A stretch of DNA of 64,000 nt from Macrostomum hystrix (GCA_950097015.1 CATNEN010000038.1:13702001-13766000); one strand, 5' to 3'; positions 50,225 to 64,000 are shown, counted from the first letter of the stretch. The notes: a model not told the origin generated them from the letters alone. Numbers and translations: made by a program.

Positions 50225-51965
50225 GGTGTGATGTGGCAGTCAATGGCGGTGTATGACAGTGTGATGTGGCAGTTTATGGCGGTGTGTGCCAGAGTGATGT
50301 AGCAGTTTATGGCGGTGTATGACAGAGTTATGTAGCACTTAATGGCGGTGTGTGCCAGAGTGATGTAGCAGTTTATGGCGGTGTATGACAGAGTTATGTA
50401 GCAGTTAATGGCGGTGTGTGCCAGAGTGATGTGGCAGTCAATGGCGGTGTGTGCCAGAGTGATGTGGCAGTTTATGGCGGTGTGTGACAGAGTGATGTAG
50501 CAGTTTATGGCGGTGTGTGACAGAGTGATGTAGCAGTTTATGGCGGTGTGTGCCAGAGTTATGTAGCAGTTTATGGCGGTGTGTGACAGAGTGATGTAGC
50601 AGTTTATGGCGGTGTGTGACAGAGTGATGTAGCAGTTTATGGCGGTGTGTGACAGAGTGATGTAGCAGTTTATGGCGGTGTGTGACAGAGTGATGTAGCA
50701 GTTTATGGCGGTGTGTGCCAGAGTTATGTAGCAGTTTATGGCGGTGTGTGCCAGAGTGATGTAGCAGTTTATGGCGGTGTGTGCCAGAGTTATGTAGCTG
50801 TTTATGGCGGTGTGTGACAGAGTGATGTAGCAGTTTATGGCGGTGTGTGACAGAGTGATGTAGCAGTTTATGGCGGTGTGTGCCAGAGTGATGTAGCAGT
50901 TTATGGCGGTGTGTGCCAGAGTTATGTAGCAGTTTATGGCGGTATGTGCCAGAGTTATGTAGCAGTTTATGGCGGTGTGTGCCAGAGTTATGTAGCAGTT
51001 TATGGCGGTGTGTGACAGAGTGATGTAGCAGTTTATGGCGGTGTGTGACAGAGTGATGTAGCAGTTTATGGCGGTGTGTGACAGAGTGATGTAGCAGTTT
51101 ATGGCGGTGTGTGACAGAGTGATGTAGCAGTTTATGGCGGTGTGTGACAGAGTGATGTAGCAGTCAATGCCAACGTGTGCCAGAGTGATGTGGCGGTTTA
51201 TGATGTGTGCCAGAGTGATGTAGCAGTTAATGGCGGTGTGTGCCAGAGTGATGTAGCAGTTTATGGCGGTGTGTGACAGAGTGATGTAGCAGTCAATGCC
51301 AACGTGTGCCAGAGTGATGTGGCGGTTTATGATGTGTGCCAGAGTGATGTAGCAGTTAATGGCGGTGTGTGCCAGAGTGATGTAGCAGTTTATGATGTGT
51401 GCCAGAGTGATGTAGCAGTTTATGGCGGTGTGTGACAGAGTGATGTAGCAGTTTATGGCGGTGTGTGACAGAGTGATGTAGCAGTTTATGGCGGTGTGTG
51501 ACAGAGTGATGTAGCAGTTTATGGCGGTGTGTGACAGAGTGATGTAGCAGTCAATGCCAACGTGTGCCAGAGTGATGTGGCGGTTTATGATGTGTGCCAG
51601 AGTGATGTAGCAGTTAATGGCGGTGTGTGCCAGAGTGATGTAGCAGTTTATGGCGGTGTGTGACAGAGTGATGTAGCAGTCAATGCCAACGTGTGCCAGA
51701 GTGATGTGGCGGTTTATGATGTGTGCCAGAGTGATGTAGCAGTTAATGGCGGTGTGTGCCAGAGTGATGTAGCAGTTTATGATGTGTGCCAGAGTGATGT
51801 AGCAGTTTATGGCGGTGTGTGACAGAGTGATGTGGCAGTCAATGGCGGTGTGTGACAGAGTGATGTGGCAGTCAATGGCAACGTGTGCCAGAGTGATGTG
51901 GCAGTTTATGATGTGTGCCAGTGTGATGTGGCAGTCTATGATGTGTGCCAGTGTGATGTGGCGGT
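50225..51965. repeat. 33-bp minisatellite (ttatggcggtgtgtgacagagtgatgtagcagt), expanded paralog
   Basis: Tandem array within duplication copy 2. Confidence 0.9.
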
Positions 51966-53963
51966 TTATGAGTGCGAGTGTCTTATCCAGCCCAAGCCAT
52001 TTTCAGAAATTGATGTCAGTATTGGTCTAAATTAGAATGGCAACAAAAATAATTCAAGTAATACTATGGGACATAGTACCTGATATCAAGTTATGGGGCA
52101 CATTAAGAAAGGTGATGGGACACATTAAGAAAGGTGATGGGACACATTAAGAAAGATGATATGGCACATTAAGAAAGATGATATGGCACATTAAGAGAGG
52201 TGATGAGGCACATAAAGTAAGGTAATGTGGCATATTATGCCATTTGATATGGTCTATTTGACCATGTGATATTGAAACATTTCAAGCTTAGATTATGTAG
52301 CACTCTATACCAGAATAGGAATGAAAAGGCAGCTACAGAATTTTGGTGACAAAGTAATTACAACATTTATGCTACGTTCAGATGGAAGCGGCAGTCTCTC
52401 AGAAAGTGCTAGATCTAATATTTCAAGTCTTGAAAGGATAGAAAATAAGTTTATAGGGATTACGTCATCGAGAAAATCCTATTCAAACATATGGCATCTT
52501 CATATGGCATTGAATGATAAAATCAGCAGAATTCAGTAAATTTGGATGACAGTATTCAATGGCGTTGAAAAAATGCTTTAAAATGTTTTAAGAGGCCTCG
52601 AAAATACAGCAGCTGCGGCTCCAGCCAGTTTGAGATCACCCAAAGGTGATGAAATCCGATATTATTAGAAACTTTTTGGGCACCAAAAGTGGTAACGACC
52701 AATAACAGGCAGACAGGCGGACAAACAGACAAATTACAGGCGACTGACGAAGCGGGACAAATCGGACCTAGTCAAGGAAGCACCGATTTATTCCAATACC
52801 TGTTTAAAGTTAAGAAAATAATAGGCACCCGTTTAAGAAAGTATTTGAATAAATTCTTGACAACCCAAAGTGCTCAACAACTTTACGAGCTGAAAAAGCA
52901 ACATGCCAACTATATGCAACTGTTTTATAACCAGACTGCTCAGGGAAATGAATGAGTGGAATTATAACGATGACTAAACTTGAAAACTATCAAGCCAGAG
53001 TGTTAATGTCAGGTAAGACTTTACTAAAACCTACCCAAAAAATACCAAACAAATCTATAATATAGTACTCAGCTAGTGACCAAGTCTAGACCTTCTAATT
53101 CCAATAAAATATAATTTGATAGAAATTCAAACACCAATATCTACAAATTAGGTTTTCTGATATGGAAATTTGTTGCCTTTGCTGCTTAAGAAGACAACAA
53201 AGATCATGAAGAAAAGATTAAAAGATTCTGTTGCATCTCATTTTTATGACTTGTAAAATAAAAAAGTCAAGCCTAAATGTGAGAATATTAAGTTAATGTC
53301 TTCAAAGGGGATTGAAAACAGCTCACCAGCTTCCTATTTTGCTAGCATGTGCTGAAAAAGCCATCCACTGAGTCAGTTGTAATGCAGAACAATGCATATT
53401 GTTCTATAGGTGATCCATTTTTGCAAACTGAAAAGCAATAATAAAATTCATGAAAATGAAATGTTCAAATTTTATTTAATTATGAACTATTAAGTTGACT
53501 AAAATCATAATTAAATAATTCCTAGCTACTATGACTAAATATGAACATATAAACATACAAAATAATTTTTGTTATAAACAAATATTGTGAAGCTAATTTT
53601 ATATTCTGATTTCCTCCTCACCCAATATTGAATGTCATCAAAGTTGACCTAGTGCTTCTTTATTTAATTATCAGTCTAAAGATATTTTATCCCAATGATG
53701 CTACCAAAGTTACTGCAGGACTTAAAATTTGTTACTAATAGTGTAATTCATATATTTAATAACAATTTCTGGTAGCATATTTATTAGTTAGACTAGTAGT
53801 GTATTTAATCATCAATACAATTGATACTCATAGGGTATATTAAATCACATAAGGTAGCAGGTAGGCAGAAATGGTTATGGCTGAAATAGTTTGTGGCCAA
53901 AACAACTGGAATTCCTGTACATGCAAATGATGCAAGCTCTCCATAAATTTCAATAAAATTTAT

Positions 53964-54492
53964 GGCAGTGCTTATCCCCATGCTACCATAGAATAATTTT
54001 TGTCTTATTCCTACAGTACTGTGGGAATAATTTCCTGCTTATCCGCATGGCACACTGACGAGATAGCTGTCCTATCTTCAAAATATCTTTCTATCTTATC
54101 TATCTTGAAAATTAGAGAGTCACGCTGCTATTTCTAGTGTTCAATGCCAAGTCCCAAAAACTACACTAAAGGTTGCGTTGAAGTACTACAAAGTTGTTTA
54201 TTTGTGCTACAATAGTGGCACACATGTTTCTGAATCAAGAGGTGCTAGGCCTAATCAGAGGTAAATTCATTTTTTAATTTATTGATTTATTGAATTCTTG
54301 TATTTTTAACTTAAATGTATTGGGCCTAGCAGATATCCGTGCAGATAAGCAGGAAATTATTCCCACGTAATATGTTCAAGATAGGACAGCTATCTTGTCA
54401 GTGTGCCACGTGGAGAAGCAGGAAATTATTCCCACAGTACAGTAGGAATAAGACAAAAATTATTCTATGGTACCATGGGGATAAGCACTGCC
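53964..54492. mobile_element. Mutator-like MITE, copy 2, with perfect 9-bp TSD aaaatttat
   Basis: aaaatttat|ggcagtgc ... gcactgcc|aaaatttat. Confidence 0.85.
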
Positions 54493-54918
54493 AAAATTTA
54501 TATACTTAGTTTTTTTTACTTTACTTTTGCTTTACTGTTTGGCATTTGATAATTATAATCAATATTATTGATAACAATTTAATACTATTATTAGTATTAA
54601 TACTAACAGTTTCATGTCTTTTGTCATTGTTTTTAGAACAAGTATATTGCATTTTGCATTGTTTTCTATATATGTGCACATGTGCCTTTGAAATAACTTA
54701 GTTTTATTCTGTTAAAAAACTAGGCCTACTAAGACTAGCTAATCAATGTATAAACAGCTTAAGAATTTCAGCAAGAAGTTTATTGTAAGTAATGTAAGAC
54801 ATCTGAAACATTTAGAATTTTTGGCATTAGGGACCATTATATATATATGTATATAGGCCTATGCCGCCTATATATATACATATAGGGTAATATCAGGGTA
54901 ATAGGGTAAAATCATATA

Positions 54919-55746
54919 CAAGGGCTGCTCAATAAGTTTCCGGAAAAACATATTGAAACATATCAAACCAACATGAAATTTTACTAGTAGTCAGACACAG
55001 ATCCTAGGCCTAACACTTCTCAAAATATCTACCATTGCAATCCAAGCACTTTTTCATCTTGTTAAACCATGCAGAAAAACATGCCCCAAATGGTCTCTGT
55101 TGATTTTTACCAATTTGCATTCAGCAGCTCCTCCTGGGTGTCAAAACGCCTCAAAGTGCCATTTGAAGCATCTGCAGGCACTGGGATGGAGAATTTCCCA
55201 GGCGGAAAAGCAGCAGCAGCATGGCTCTCTTGTCACGCCGGGTCAGGCTTGGAGGTGGGTCCTGGTTCTTGTCAGTCTGGGCTTTCTTGCAAGTTAACAT
55301 GGAAATGCAGCGAGCTGAAATTGTAGGCATACTCTCTTAACATATTCCCCGATCATTTCCTAAAAAAGCTCCTAAAAATAATGCCGAGAACTACGTTTTT
55401 CCAGAAACTTATTGAACAATTTGAATTGAGCAGAGGTTGTAGCCTAGTGGTTAGGGCGTCGGACTCACGACTTGAAGGTCGGGGGTTCGATTCCCGACTC
55501 CACTGGAACAATTTGTGTCCTTTAGCAAGACACTTAACTCTGCATTGCTTCAGTTCACCCAGCTGTTAAATGGGTACCAGCATCAGCTGGGATAATTGAA
55601 GGTGGGTGTGGCGTCCCCCCAGTCCATGGACTGAACAGCTGTACGCAGCCTTCAGATGCGCTGCGCATTAGCTGCGGCTGTGCTGTCAGCTGCACATCTG
55701 ACCCAATTGAGGCAGGTGTAATCAATTAATTATTGAGCAACCCTTG
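54919..55746 (-). mobile_element. Deleted mariner with nested SINE A (55432-55735), copy 2
   Basis: Duplicate of 45605-46432. Confidence 0.75.
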
Positions 55747-57401
55747 TAGGTTAACATAATTTGTTACCAAAGTGGTTGGTATAGCCATAGTCCAGAAGGC
55801 AAAGTGGCTTTTAATGAAGTGCCTCTTAAACTAAAGTAGCATATAAATACATAATACAGTACATCTCGATTTCAAAATGAAAACTTGGAAGAAGATTTGC
55901 ACCTCGCCGGTTACTCACCAGCAGCTTTAGCTCTTTTGATTTACAGTTTTTTAGGAATTGCTATTGTATATATGAAATGCTTTATAGCACTCGCTATCAA
56001 CAATAATTAACACTAATAATAATAACACTCGCTATCAATAGGCCAGGCCTAGCACTCGCAAAAAATGTTTTCATAAGTGTAACATAAGGAATATAAAATT
56101 TCTTTGTAAACAATTTAAAAGTTGAAGCTAAGATTTAATGTTTTTATAACTTTAAATATCCAACAAGGCGGGGAAAAATTCATGCAAAATTGTAAATATT
56201 TAATCAACAATACCTTACAATACGCTTATTACGGCATTATGTTTATTAGAATATAAACTACGTCTCATTACACTATTAGGCCTATTATTTTATTCAGACT
56301 ACATACTTATTTAAATGTATTCCAAAATGCTATATAAAGTAAAACAAAAGTTACAGTATTGGAAAGTTTCAGATAATTAAGCCTTACTTGAATGCTGTAA
56401 AGTAACAAAATTTTTATTCAAAATGTTATGTGTAAAAATGCTTCTGAATTTAGTTGTAACCGTCTTCGAATATCACTACCATACCATAGTATATAATTAT
56501 ACATACAGTTTTTCTATACTGATATTTAGATATTTACCATTTTTCGTTCGTGCATCAGTTCCAAGCCACATTCTGGCCTTTAACTGCCTTTAAACCCTAA
56601 CCCAACCAATCCACCTCTCGATTCCATCGTTAACCTGGCTAATGAGAGTAGAGCCACTCCACAAAAAGCATGCAAGTTTGAATCTTGCGTTGGATAGAAT
56701 AAAAATTAAAGTTCAATATAATATTTAAAAATAATACTATAGTGAATTTACGTCACAAGAATTATGCGTATTTATAAAAAATAAGTATCCGCAGAAGTCT
56801 CCTATGTTTGAATCGATGTCCAGAAAGCAGACCTAGCCAGCTAGTAGCTGTATCCTAGCTGTATAGGTGCAGTAACTGTATTCATTTCATAGAGTATTTG
56901 CTACCGTTCCACTGTTTCCACAACGCGCATCAGTGTATAGGAGAGAAAGTGAGAAGGTATTAGAGACGAAACTCGCGAAAAAAGATAAAATGCTGATAAT
57001 TGGTAAAGATATAGCTTAATTGTAGAATAGAAAAGCCAGATGGACATGCAGTGATATCGCTCAGCATTATATTCTTTTCTTTATCGGTGATCGATTTTCT
57101 TTGACCCTTTTAATCTAACTCGCTGCGATTAGCTAGTTGCGAGTTGCAGCTCTGATTAAGTACATTTTAGTTTAAGAGCTGTGCTCTGGCAGTTCTCCTT
57201 AAATAAGAAATAGGAGTTGCTTAATACATTTTCCTTGCAGACAGGTATAAAACTTTTAAGCAGAAAGAACAACTCTGGCAGATTATTTAGCTGGCATATA
57301 CCTATACTAGCATTTAGCAAATCTCGGCCTGCAGTTTAACGAACATACACAAGTAAGGGCGCTTGACGATTTGGTTGACTGGATTTCCTACTCTAATGTG
57401 A

Positions 57402-58146
57402 AAGAGAATTTCCTCCAAAAAATTAGGAGACGGCTGTCAAAAATGCCAAGACCTAATTGTTAATTTCAAAATCCCCGGCCGCCATGAAAGGACTCCTCTA
57501 CTGATAGCTGCGAGGGGAAATCTTCTTGCTGCTGGTAAAATCATCCTAGAGTTCGGAGGCGACCCCACATTCAAGTCAGACGTAGGTGATGTGCTGTGTA
57601 GTCACAATAACGAGTTTTGCGACATGCTGATCGATTTCGTGCAGAATTCCGACAACGAGCAAAGTTTCCACCCAATCAAATTCCTCACCGCCTGCTGGAT
57701 GTCTAATGCGAAAGTAGTAGAGCGACAGACACAGCTTCCGAATTTCGCAGTGCGCAAACGGAACTGCGAGAACAACAGCGCATTTCACCTACTGTTCCAC
57801 GGCATGCAGCAAATGGCAAGGCGTAAAATAAACTTCGAACAGCCCACCATCGAGCCGAAGCAGGTGCTGGAGATTCTGATGCGACATTGGCCTGACTTTG
57901 ACTTCAACCACGCCAATGACGCCAATGCACACCTTGTATCTGACCAAACACTACATATTGCCCAATGCGAAAGAAGTGGTGAATTGCAAAAACTACTGCT
58001 GGATGCTGGGTCAGATCCACGGCTTCGAGACTGCAAGGGAAAAACACCGATCGATTATCTTAAGCGTGCAGCCGAAAAGGAACAATGACCAAATGAATTG
58101 GTCAAGACACTTATCATGGAAGCCATTTATAAGTGCGAGGAGGCAG
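57402..58146 (+). pseudogene. Ankyrin-repeat gene segment, probably disrupted (in-frame TGA at 58086-58088, possible frameshift near 57420)
   Basis: ERTPLLIAARGNLLAAGKIILEFGGDP and QTLHIA..LQKLLLDAGSDPRLRDCKGKTPIDY are ankyrin-like. The frame stays open past the TGA to a CAG|GTAAGG donor at 58146. Confidence 0.55.
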
Positions 58147-58924
58147 GTAAGGCAAATTTTCGAAACAATCAAATAAAAACGCGAACTAGACAGTCGCGTC
58201 TTCGTCTTCGACAGTCTTCGAGACAGTCGAGGAGATTTTGCGACAAGACGTGATTTTTTAAACAATTATTTTGACTTACAGAAAGGAGGCTGAAAGAGCA
58301 GGAGACTAGACGAGGCGGCAGACCATCATCCCAAAAAGATCCGTATAAGTAGGATTTTTACCAGCAATCAAAGTGATTGATTTTAAGCAATATAGTTAAA
58401 TATATGTTAATCCTTTCTGAAACAATTCCAGAGCTCAGCAGCAAGACATAGGTAAAAACAAAAACAGCAGCAGCAATTACGATAAAAACAGAACGAACAG
58501 AAGAAAAATCATTAGAAACAAAAGCACAGGCGGAAGCACGGGCGAAGCGCGGAGAGAAGCACGGACAGTGCTTCCACCCGTGCTTCCTGCACGGGCAAAA
58601 GCAGGGACAGTAGCACGGGCAGAAGCAGGGGGCAGAAGCATGCAGGGGCAGAAGCACGGGTGGAAACCCGGGCAGAAGCACGGGCAGAAGCACGGGCAGT
58701 AGCACGGGCAGTAGCACGGGCAGAAGCACTGGCAGAGGCGCGGAGACAAGCACGGGCAGAAGCACGGATAGAAGTGAAACAGCAGTGGAACCAAAACAGC
58801 AGCTGCGAGAACAGCAGCAAAAGACAGAGTGGATGCAGCAGAGAAAACAGGAGCGAGAACAGAAGCGAAACAGTAGCGAGCGCTTGGTCAGGGCCAACGG
58901 CAGGAGTGGAAAAGCCAAAAGATC

Positions 58925-59360
58925 CGATTCAATTCGGCCCGATTCGAGTGACTCGGAGTCGCGAGATAGACTTGAATGCAATTCAATTCGGCCCGATTCG
59001 AGTGACTCGGAGTCGCGAGATAGACATGAAGGCGATTCAATTCGGCCCGATTCGAGTGACTCGGAGTCGCGAGATAGACATGAATGCGATTCAATTCGGC
59101 CCGATTCGAGTGACTCGGAGTCGCGAGATAGACTTGAATGCGATTCAATTCGGCCCGATTCGAGTGACTCGGAGTCGCGAGATAGACTTGAATGCGATTC
59201 AATTCGGCCCGATTCGAGTGACTCGGAGTCGCGAGATAGACATGAATGCGATTCAATTCGGCCCGATTCGGGTGACTCGGAGTCGCGAGATAGACATGAA
59301 TGCGATTCAATTCGGCCCGATTCGAGTGACTCGGAGTCGCGAGATAGACTTGAATGCGAT
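58925..59360. repeat. 54-bp tandem repeat (attcaattcggcccgattcgagtgactcggagtcgcgagatagacttgaatgcg) x8
   Basis: Direct tandem repetition. The unit is a multiple of 3. Confidence 0.9.
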
Positions 59361-59884
59361 TACGAATACAAATATGATTTCGATTCATTCAGCGACCCAG
59401 GTAGATTATCTATTCAGCTAAAACTGAGAACTTCTTATGGTATCTAATTTTTCTGTTCGTGAAATATTCGTGGACTTTTGTTTTTCCGCATGTTGCAGAA
59501 GACTGGATAATAAGCGATGAGAGAATCGCCAGCTACGAGAAAGAGCTAATGAATCCTGGGCGAAGTCCACTTGGTAAGTGTGAAATGGAAAATCAGATAT
59601 GTGTAATCCAAAATTAGAGCGTGAGGGCTTCGATAAGTGGCTGTGGATATCTGTGTTGCATCCGTACTGCATTCGCTACTGATAGCGTCAGTAATGGTTA
59701 GGAAACTATATGGGTTTCAGTAACGTTACGGTAATAACTTACTCATAGCACTATGAGCACTATGAATTATATAGGATTCTTAATCGCATAACATCAATTT
59801 ATCTCTCTGTTTGAAAATCGAGTCGTTGATCTCCAGTCGTGCCTTTCACGAAAGCACTCACAAAAACTTGGAACCAACATGCTG

Positions 59885-61560
59885 CCTACAACAGCAACAA
59901 CAATGAACTGCTCCCGCCAGTGGCCAGAAAAGGGGTAGAGAGGCGTGAGAGAGAGCGTTTCCGGGCCAACGACCTCAAAAAGTCACACCCGCCAGCTTGG
60001 TCCGGGGCGCCAGCATCACTCAGAAGCTGGTCAGGAAATCTCGCCGTTCGCCCTTGACCTCGCCTACACCGCGGTCCCTGCAGCTTGAGCAGCAGCACGT
60101 CGTGTAGCGGCTCAGGGCAGCGGGCCTCCAACCGGATGACGTGGCCAGCCCGCGAAGCAGGTCAGAAGGTACCGTCAGGCGCGCCCTTGCGTAGAGCGCG
60201 GCATTGGTCTCGCTGCCTGGGCCGCTGCGCTCCCCGAACGCCGCACCGCATGCGCAGCGACCAGCTGCCTCTCGAAGGCGTTCGTCAGGGTCCATGTCTC
60301 GGTGTCATGCCGCAAGACAGTCTCAACGACTGCCTGAAACAGCCGAGCCCTGAGCCCGTCGTCCAGGGCCTCAGATTCGAGCACGGAGCGCACAGAGCGA
60401 TAAGGCGGCCGAGGCCAGTCCTCATCGCCTCACCATGCAGGTCGTCGGCAGCGTCCGGCACACAGAAATACAAGAATCGTTGGCAGCGGGTAAGCCTCAT
60501 TGCCTTATTGCGGGGAGCGTCTCGATAGTCTTCTTCGACTGTCGTCCGCTCATTCAGCCGACTGACCCGCGATGCTGCCGCCGTCTGGCCATCCAGCAGC
60601 CGCTGAGTGACTTCGGCCGTCGATGACAGCATCGCGAAGTCATCCGCGTAGCCGAGAACAGAAAGCCGCTTCTCCGGGTGCCACCGACTAGTGCGCCTTC
60701 TCAGCAGGAAGCCGTTATCCGGGTTATCCGGTCCTTAGCACCCGGTATAGTGCTAGCACAAACAGGAAGGGCGCCAGAGTGTCACCCTGCAGCACCCTGC
60801 AGACGGGCTGAATTGGTCGGACAATTCATCTGGCGTCATCACCGAAGCGGTCGTATCCTGTACAACGCTATGGTAAATCAGTTGCTCCGGTGCAATGTAC
60901 GTACGAAGCACGAGAGGCAGCGCACCGCGAGCCAACGAGTCGAAAGCCTTGAGGTAATCAATAAAGATCACCACGAGACTTGGCTGATGGATGCGCGCCT
61001 CCTGCGGCGAAGGGCAACGATCTGTGTCACTGCCCTGCGACGTGGGCGGAACCCGTTCTGCTCAGGGCGCAGGAACTGGTCAAGCACGGGCTGTAACCGA
61101 GCTAGCAGCGCGTGTGCTGCTCCCCCTGTGCTGCTCCTTCCGTGTCGTACCTGGCTTTTTCGGAATCGTGACGATGTGCACTGTTGTCCACTCACGCGGC
61201 GCAGCACCTCCAGACATCGTTCACCTCGCGGGCCACGTCAATGGTGACCCTCGTGACTCGCAGTGCCTTCATAGGTATACCTCGTCCGGTCCGGGGGCGC
61301 CGTCTCGGGCGGCAGTGGCGTCGCTTCTGGCAGAGGCGGTGGTGGCATGCTGACAATATCGGCGAAGAAGTCACGCAGCTCATTTCCGCGCGCCTCTGCC
61401 AAATTCAGCGCCGTTTTCTTCTTGCGTCCAGTCAAAGCGTTCCAGACAGCGGCTTGCTGCCGCCTGGAGTAGACGTCCGACAGGTCCGCCACGCCTCATA
61501 AACCTCCTTGTCATTTGCCAGACCGAGAGACAACGGGGCTGCAGGTTGCATCAATGGCAG
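59885..61560 (-). mobile_element. Decayed non-LTR retrotransposon (RTE-like LINE) reverse transcriptase region
   Basis: Frameshifted RT motifs on the minus strand: RLQPVLDQFLRPEQNGFRP, FIDYLKAFDS, QGDTLAPFLF, GYADDFAML. (TTG)n-like tail at ~59885-59903. Confidence 0.85.
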
Positions 61561-62659
61561 CGTTTCGCTAGCTGTCATCGCTACTGCCGCGCTGATTACA
61601 GAATAGTTGCCGGTGCTCGCAGACTCTCCCAGTGCAGCAGCAAACTGGCAGAAGCAGGGACAGAAGCACGAAGCAAGGCAGAAATGTGCTGCCTATAGGT
61701 TTGCCTAGTTTTTGCAATATTTTGAAACGCATGGTGAAAACTGTTGCAGCGACCACCTTTGCACTAAACCATTCAGTGACTCCCTCTATCAAACACGACA
61801 GAAATTTACAAGTGGGCCAATGCTATGACGAATCATACTGGTAACTTTTATCTTTTCGTTTTTTGCAAGTATGCAATGTGAAGTCAAGCATTGCATATGT
61901 TTCTTTTTAAGTATTCAGTTTAAGTTTAAGTATTTGCAAGTTTTAATAATGACTGCATCGCATTTGTGTCCCCAGAATTGCCTCTTCCAGCATCCAACAT
62001 CAATTCTGACTACACCGGAGGCCGCGGTCAACACGATGGTACACCTCCGACAGATGATTCAATCTTCTTTAAATTCTTTGCAAAGCAAGGTTTTACTTTT
62101 CACACTTTACAACGATGTCTCCTGCAGAAGTCCGCGCTGGAAAACCCAACAAAGACTCAAAATGTTCAAATGGTTTCTAGAAATCAACCCTCTGGAGTTA
62201 GTTAAACTTTGATTCGTGAGATCAAAACTACTCTAAGTCTAAACCCAGCCAGACATGATCATGATATAAAAAGTTCACGTCTGCTGGTCATCTCAAACTC
62301 AATCGCGCTTTGTTAAGCGTTCTGTCGGCGGTAGGTGGCAAACTACGATTTCATAGTTAAGATCACGAATTGTATATTTCGCTCCGCAGAACCCAAACCC
62401 GCCGGGCAACGACTGCACTCGCGTCAGGATCCTTCGGAGCATTCAGGGAGTCGGCATGTTCGGGTGTCAAGGGACGTGCCTTCCGGAAAGTTGGACATCA
62501 CAGGTAATTGAATAGTAAAAAAAGCGTTTACAACATGAGTATTAAGTAAACAGTATATTCAGTATACAATATTACGCATAATGCCATCGTATAGAAAGAC
62601 TCTTAACGGACAAGAAAATTATTTAAACGCGTTTTTTCAGAGCCCAAAAATGAATGCAA

Positions 62660-62908
62660 ACACGCACACAGATAACTCTGCGCAGGCACACGCTCACACA
62701 GGTGTGTACATCTGCCCTGACTTTCTCATCGTCAGGCAGTGTACTCTTCACACTGTGCCTTGGAGGTTGGCCCTCAAGGGCGTAAATTGCACGACAAGCC
62801 CCCCAAGCCTTCTCTCCGCGGCTGTGCCCCAAGTAAATGTGGCCTCGCCGCGGAATCGAATCTAGGGACAGTGGTGCGAGAGGCAAACGCGTTAACCGCT
62901 CTGCCACC
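62660..62908 (-). mobile_element. SINE family B copy (5' two-thirds)
   Basis: Highly similar to 1560-1800. Confidence 0.8.
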
Positions 62909-64000
62909 GTTAATTAATTCAGGAAACTGAAAGTTTGGTTTCATTTTGCTTAAAGTAGCTCAAGCTCAGAAATATTTAGTGAATTCAATTTAAGTCAGTA
63001 TTGTATTTATTTTAATTTGTGGGGATACATGTTACTGCCAGTATTAGTAGTACGATAGTATTATGGAATTTTTTTATGAAAATAGATATGTGATTTGAAA
63101 ATTTTATGATTTTATGAGTATGACTGCGATTTTTAATCTACTTAGTAGCAGTTTATAAATACAAGTGTGTCAAGAGACTCAAGACTGACGTCACTAACAT
63201 TCCATGCATATATTTGTTTTTGTAGTCTCTGCACGCCTCTAGGTTTGAAATGTCAGTAAAATGGTAAAAAAGACAATATTTTTTAGTTCAAAGTCTTCTG
63301 GACTGCAACGAGAGCGCCGAAACTTTAAGTGATTTGCTGTGCTGTGCAGAGTAACTAGGCACGAAGGTAAATGAGTGAAGCAGGAATTAATTCTAGTTCT
63401 GATTCCTTCCACCAGCAGCATTAGTAAGGAGTCTGTTAATTCTCACTGTGCATTCTCAGCATTACGTTCACGGCATGCTAGACTTAGTGGGGTGCCATTG
63501 TTACTTCGTATCTTTCTGATCGAGCATTCTCATATATTCCAACTAGCAGTATAGCGAGCCATAGTACAGCTATTTATTTCAATCCTATTGTCCTAAAGCA
63601 AGACAGACTTTTAGGAATTTAAATACGAGTTTGTTTGTTAAGAGCAACCCAGCCAGCCTATTAAGTCTAGACCATTAAGTCTAGACCTTTTAAAATAAAT
63701 AATTTATTAGCAAAGATGTCTAATAGACATGGTTGGCTGTATTTTCTTACTATGCAGTGTATACAAAGGACTGTTATAGGTTAAGAAGAAAGTCTGGGAC
63801 TGCTTAAACTAAAAGGTGGAAGAAAGCAAAGAAAAGTTTTGAAGTTTCTGCATGGCTTCAACCGACAGAATGAGAGCATAGTTAACGGCAGTTAACAATT
63901 GTGTTTTCCTGCCCTCTTGCATTTTCAGCGACCATAAAATTCTCTTGCTTTCCCTGTCCTATCACAGTCTGTACATACAAAATACAAGTCTCATTGTAGC

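Larger units (their letters stand above)
39580..56961 (+). repeat. Tandem segmental duplication: copy 1 ~39580-47647, copy 2 47648-56961
   Basis: Near-identical unique sequence, e.g. identical ORFs 43385/52689, 45755/55069 and 46067/55381. Both copies end in gagaaagtgagaaggtatt, and the junction falls into the 31-bp minisatellite. Confidence 0.95.

Noticed and set aside
62380-62510. GC-rich segment ending in CAG|GTAATT, a possible first exon
   Set aside because: No identifiable product or downstream partner exon within the window.

Overview
Eukaryotic (animal) genomic DNA with GC-rich exons in AT-rich, minisatellite-packed introns. The style suggests a free-living flatworm such as Macrostomum, but that is inference only. 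By manual splicing I reconstruct five intact multi-exon genes: a MYND-zinc-finger protein (+), a two-pore (K2P) potassium channel (+), PTEN (+), ECH1 dienoyl-CoA isomerase (-) and hnRNP L (-). A tRNA-Ser(GCU) lies between PTEN and ECH1. The right half holds an ~8-9 kb tandem segmental duplication, a disrupted ankyrin-repeat gene and a decayed RTE-like LINE. Two tRNA-derived SINE families, Mutator-like MITEs, a mariner deletion derivative and >20 distinct minisatellites are also present. Most notable: (1) hnRNP L sits directly upstream of ECH1 on the same strand, as in human chr19; (2) an exact 17-bp CGATA-inverted motif recurs four times at gene-structure landmarks; (3) the last hnRNP L intron is a CA-rich array resembling its own binding sites; (4) almost every long intron is filled by its own minisatellite next to a splice site. 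All gene models were read by eye, without expression data.
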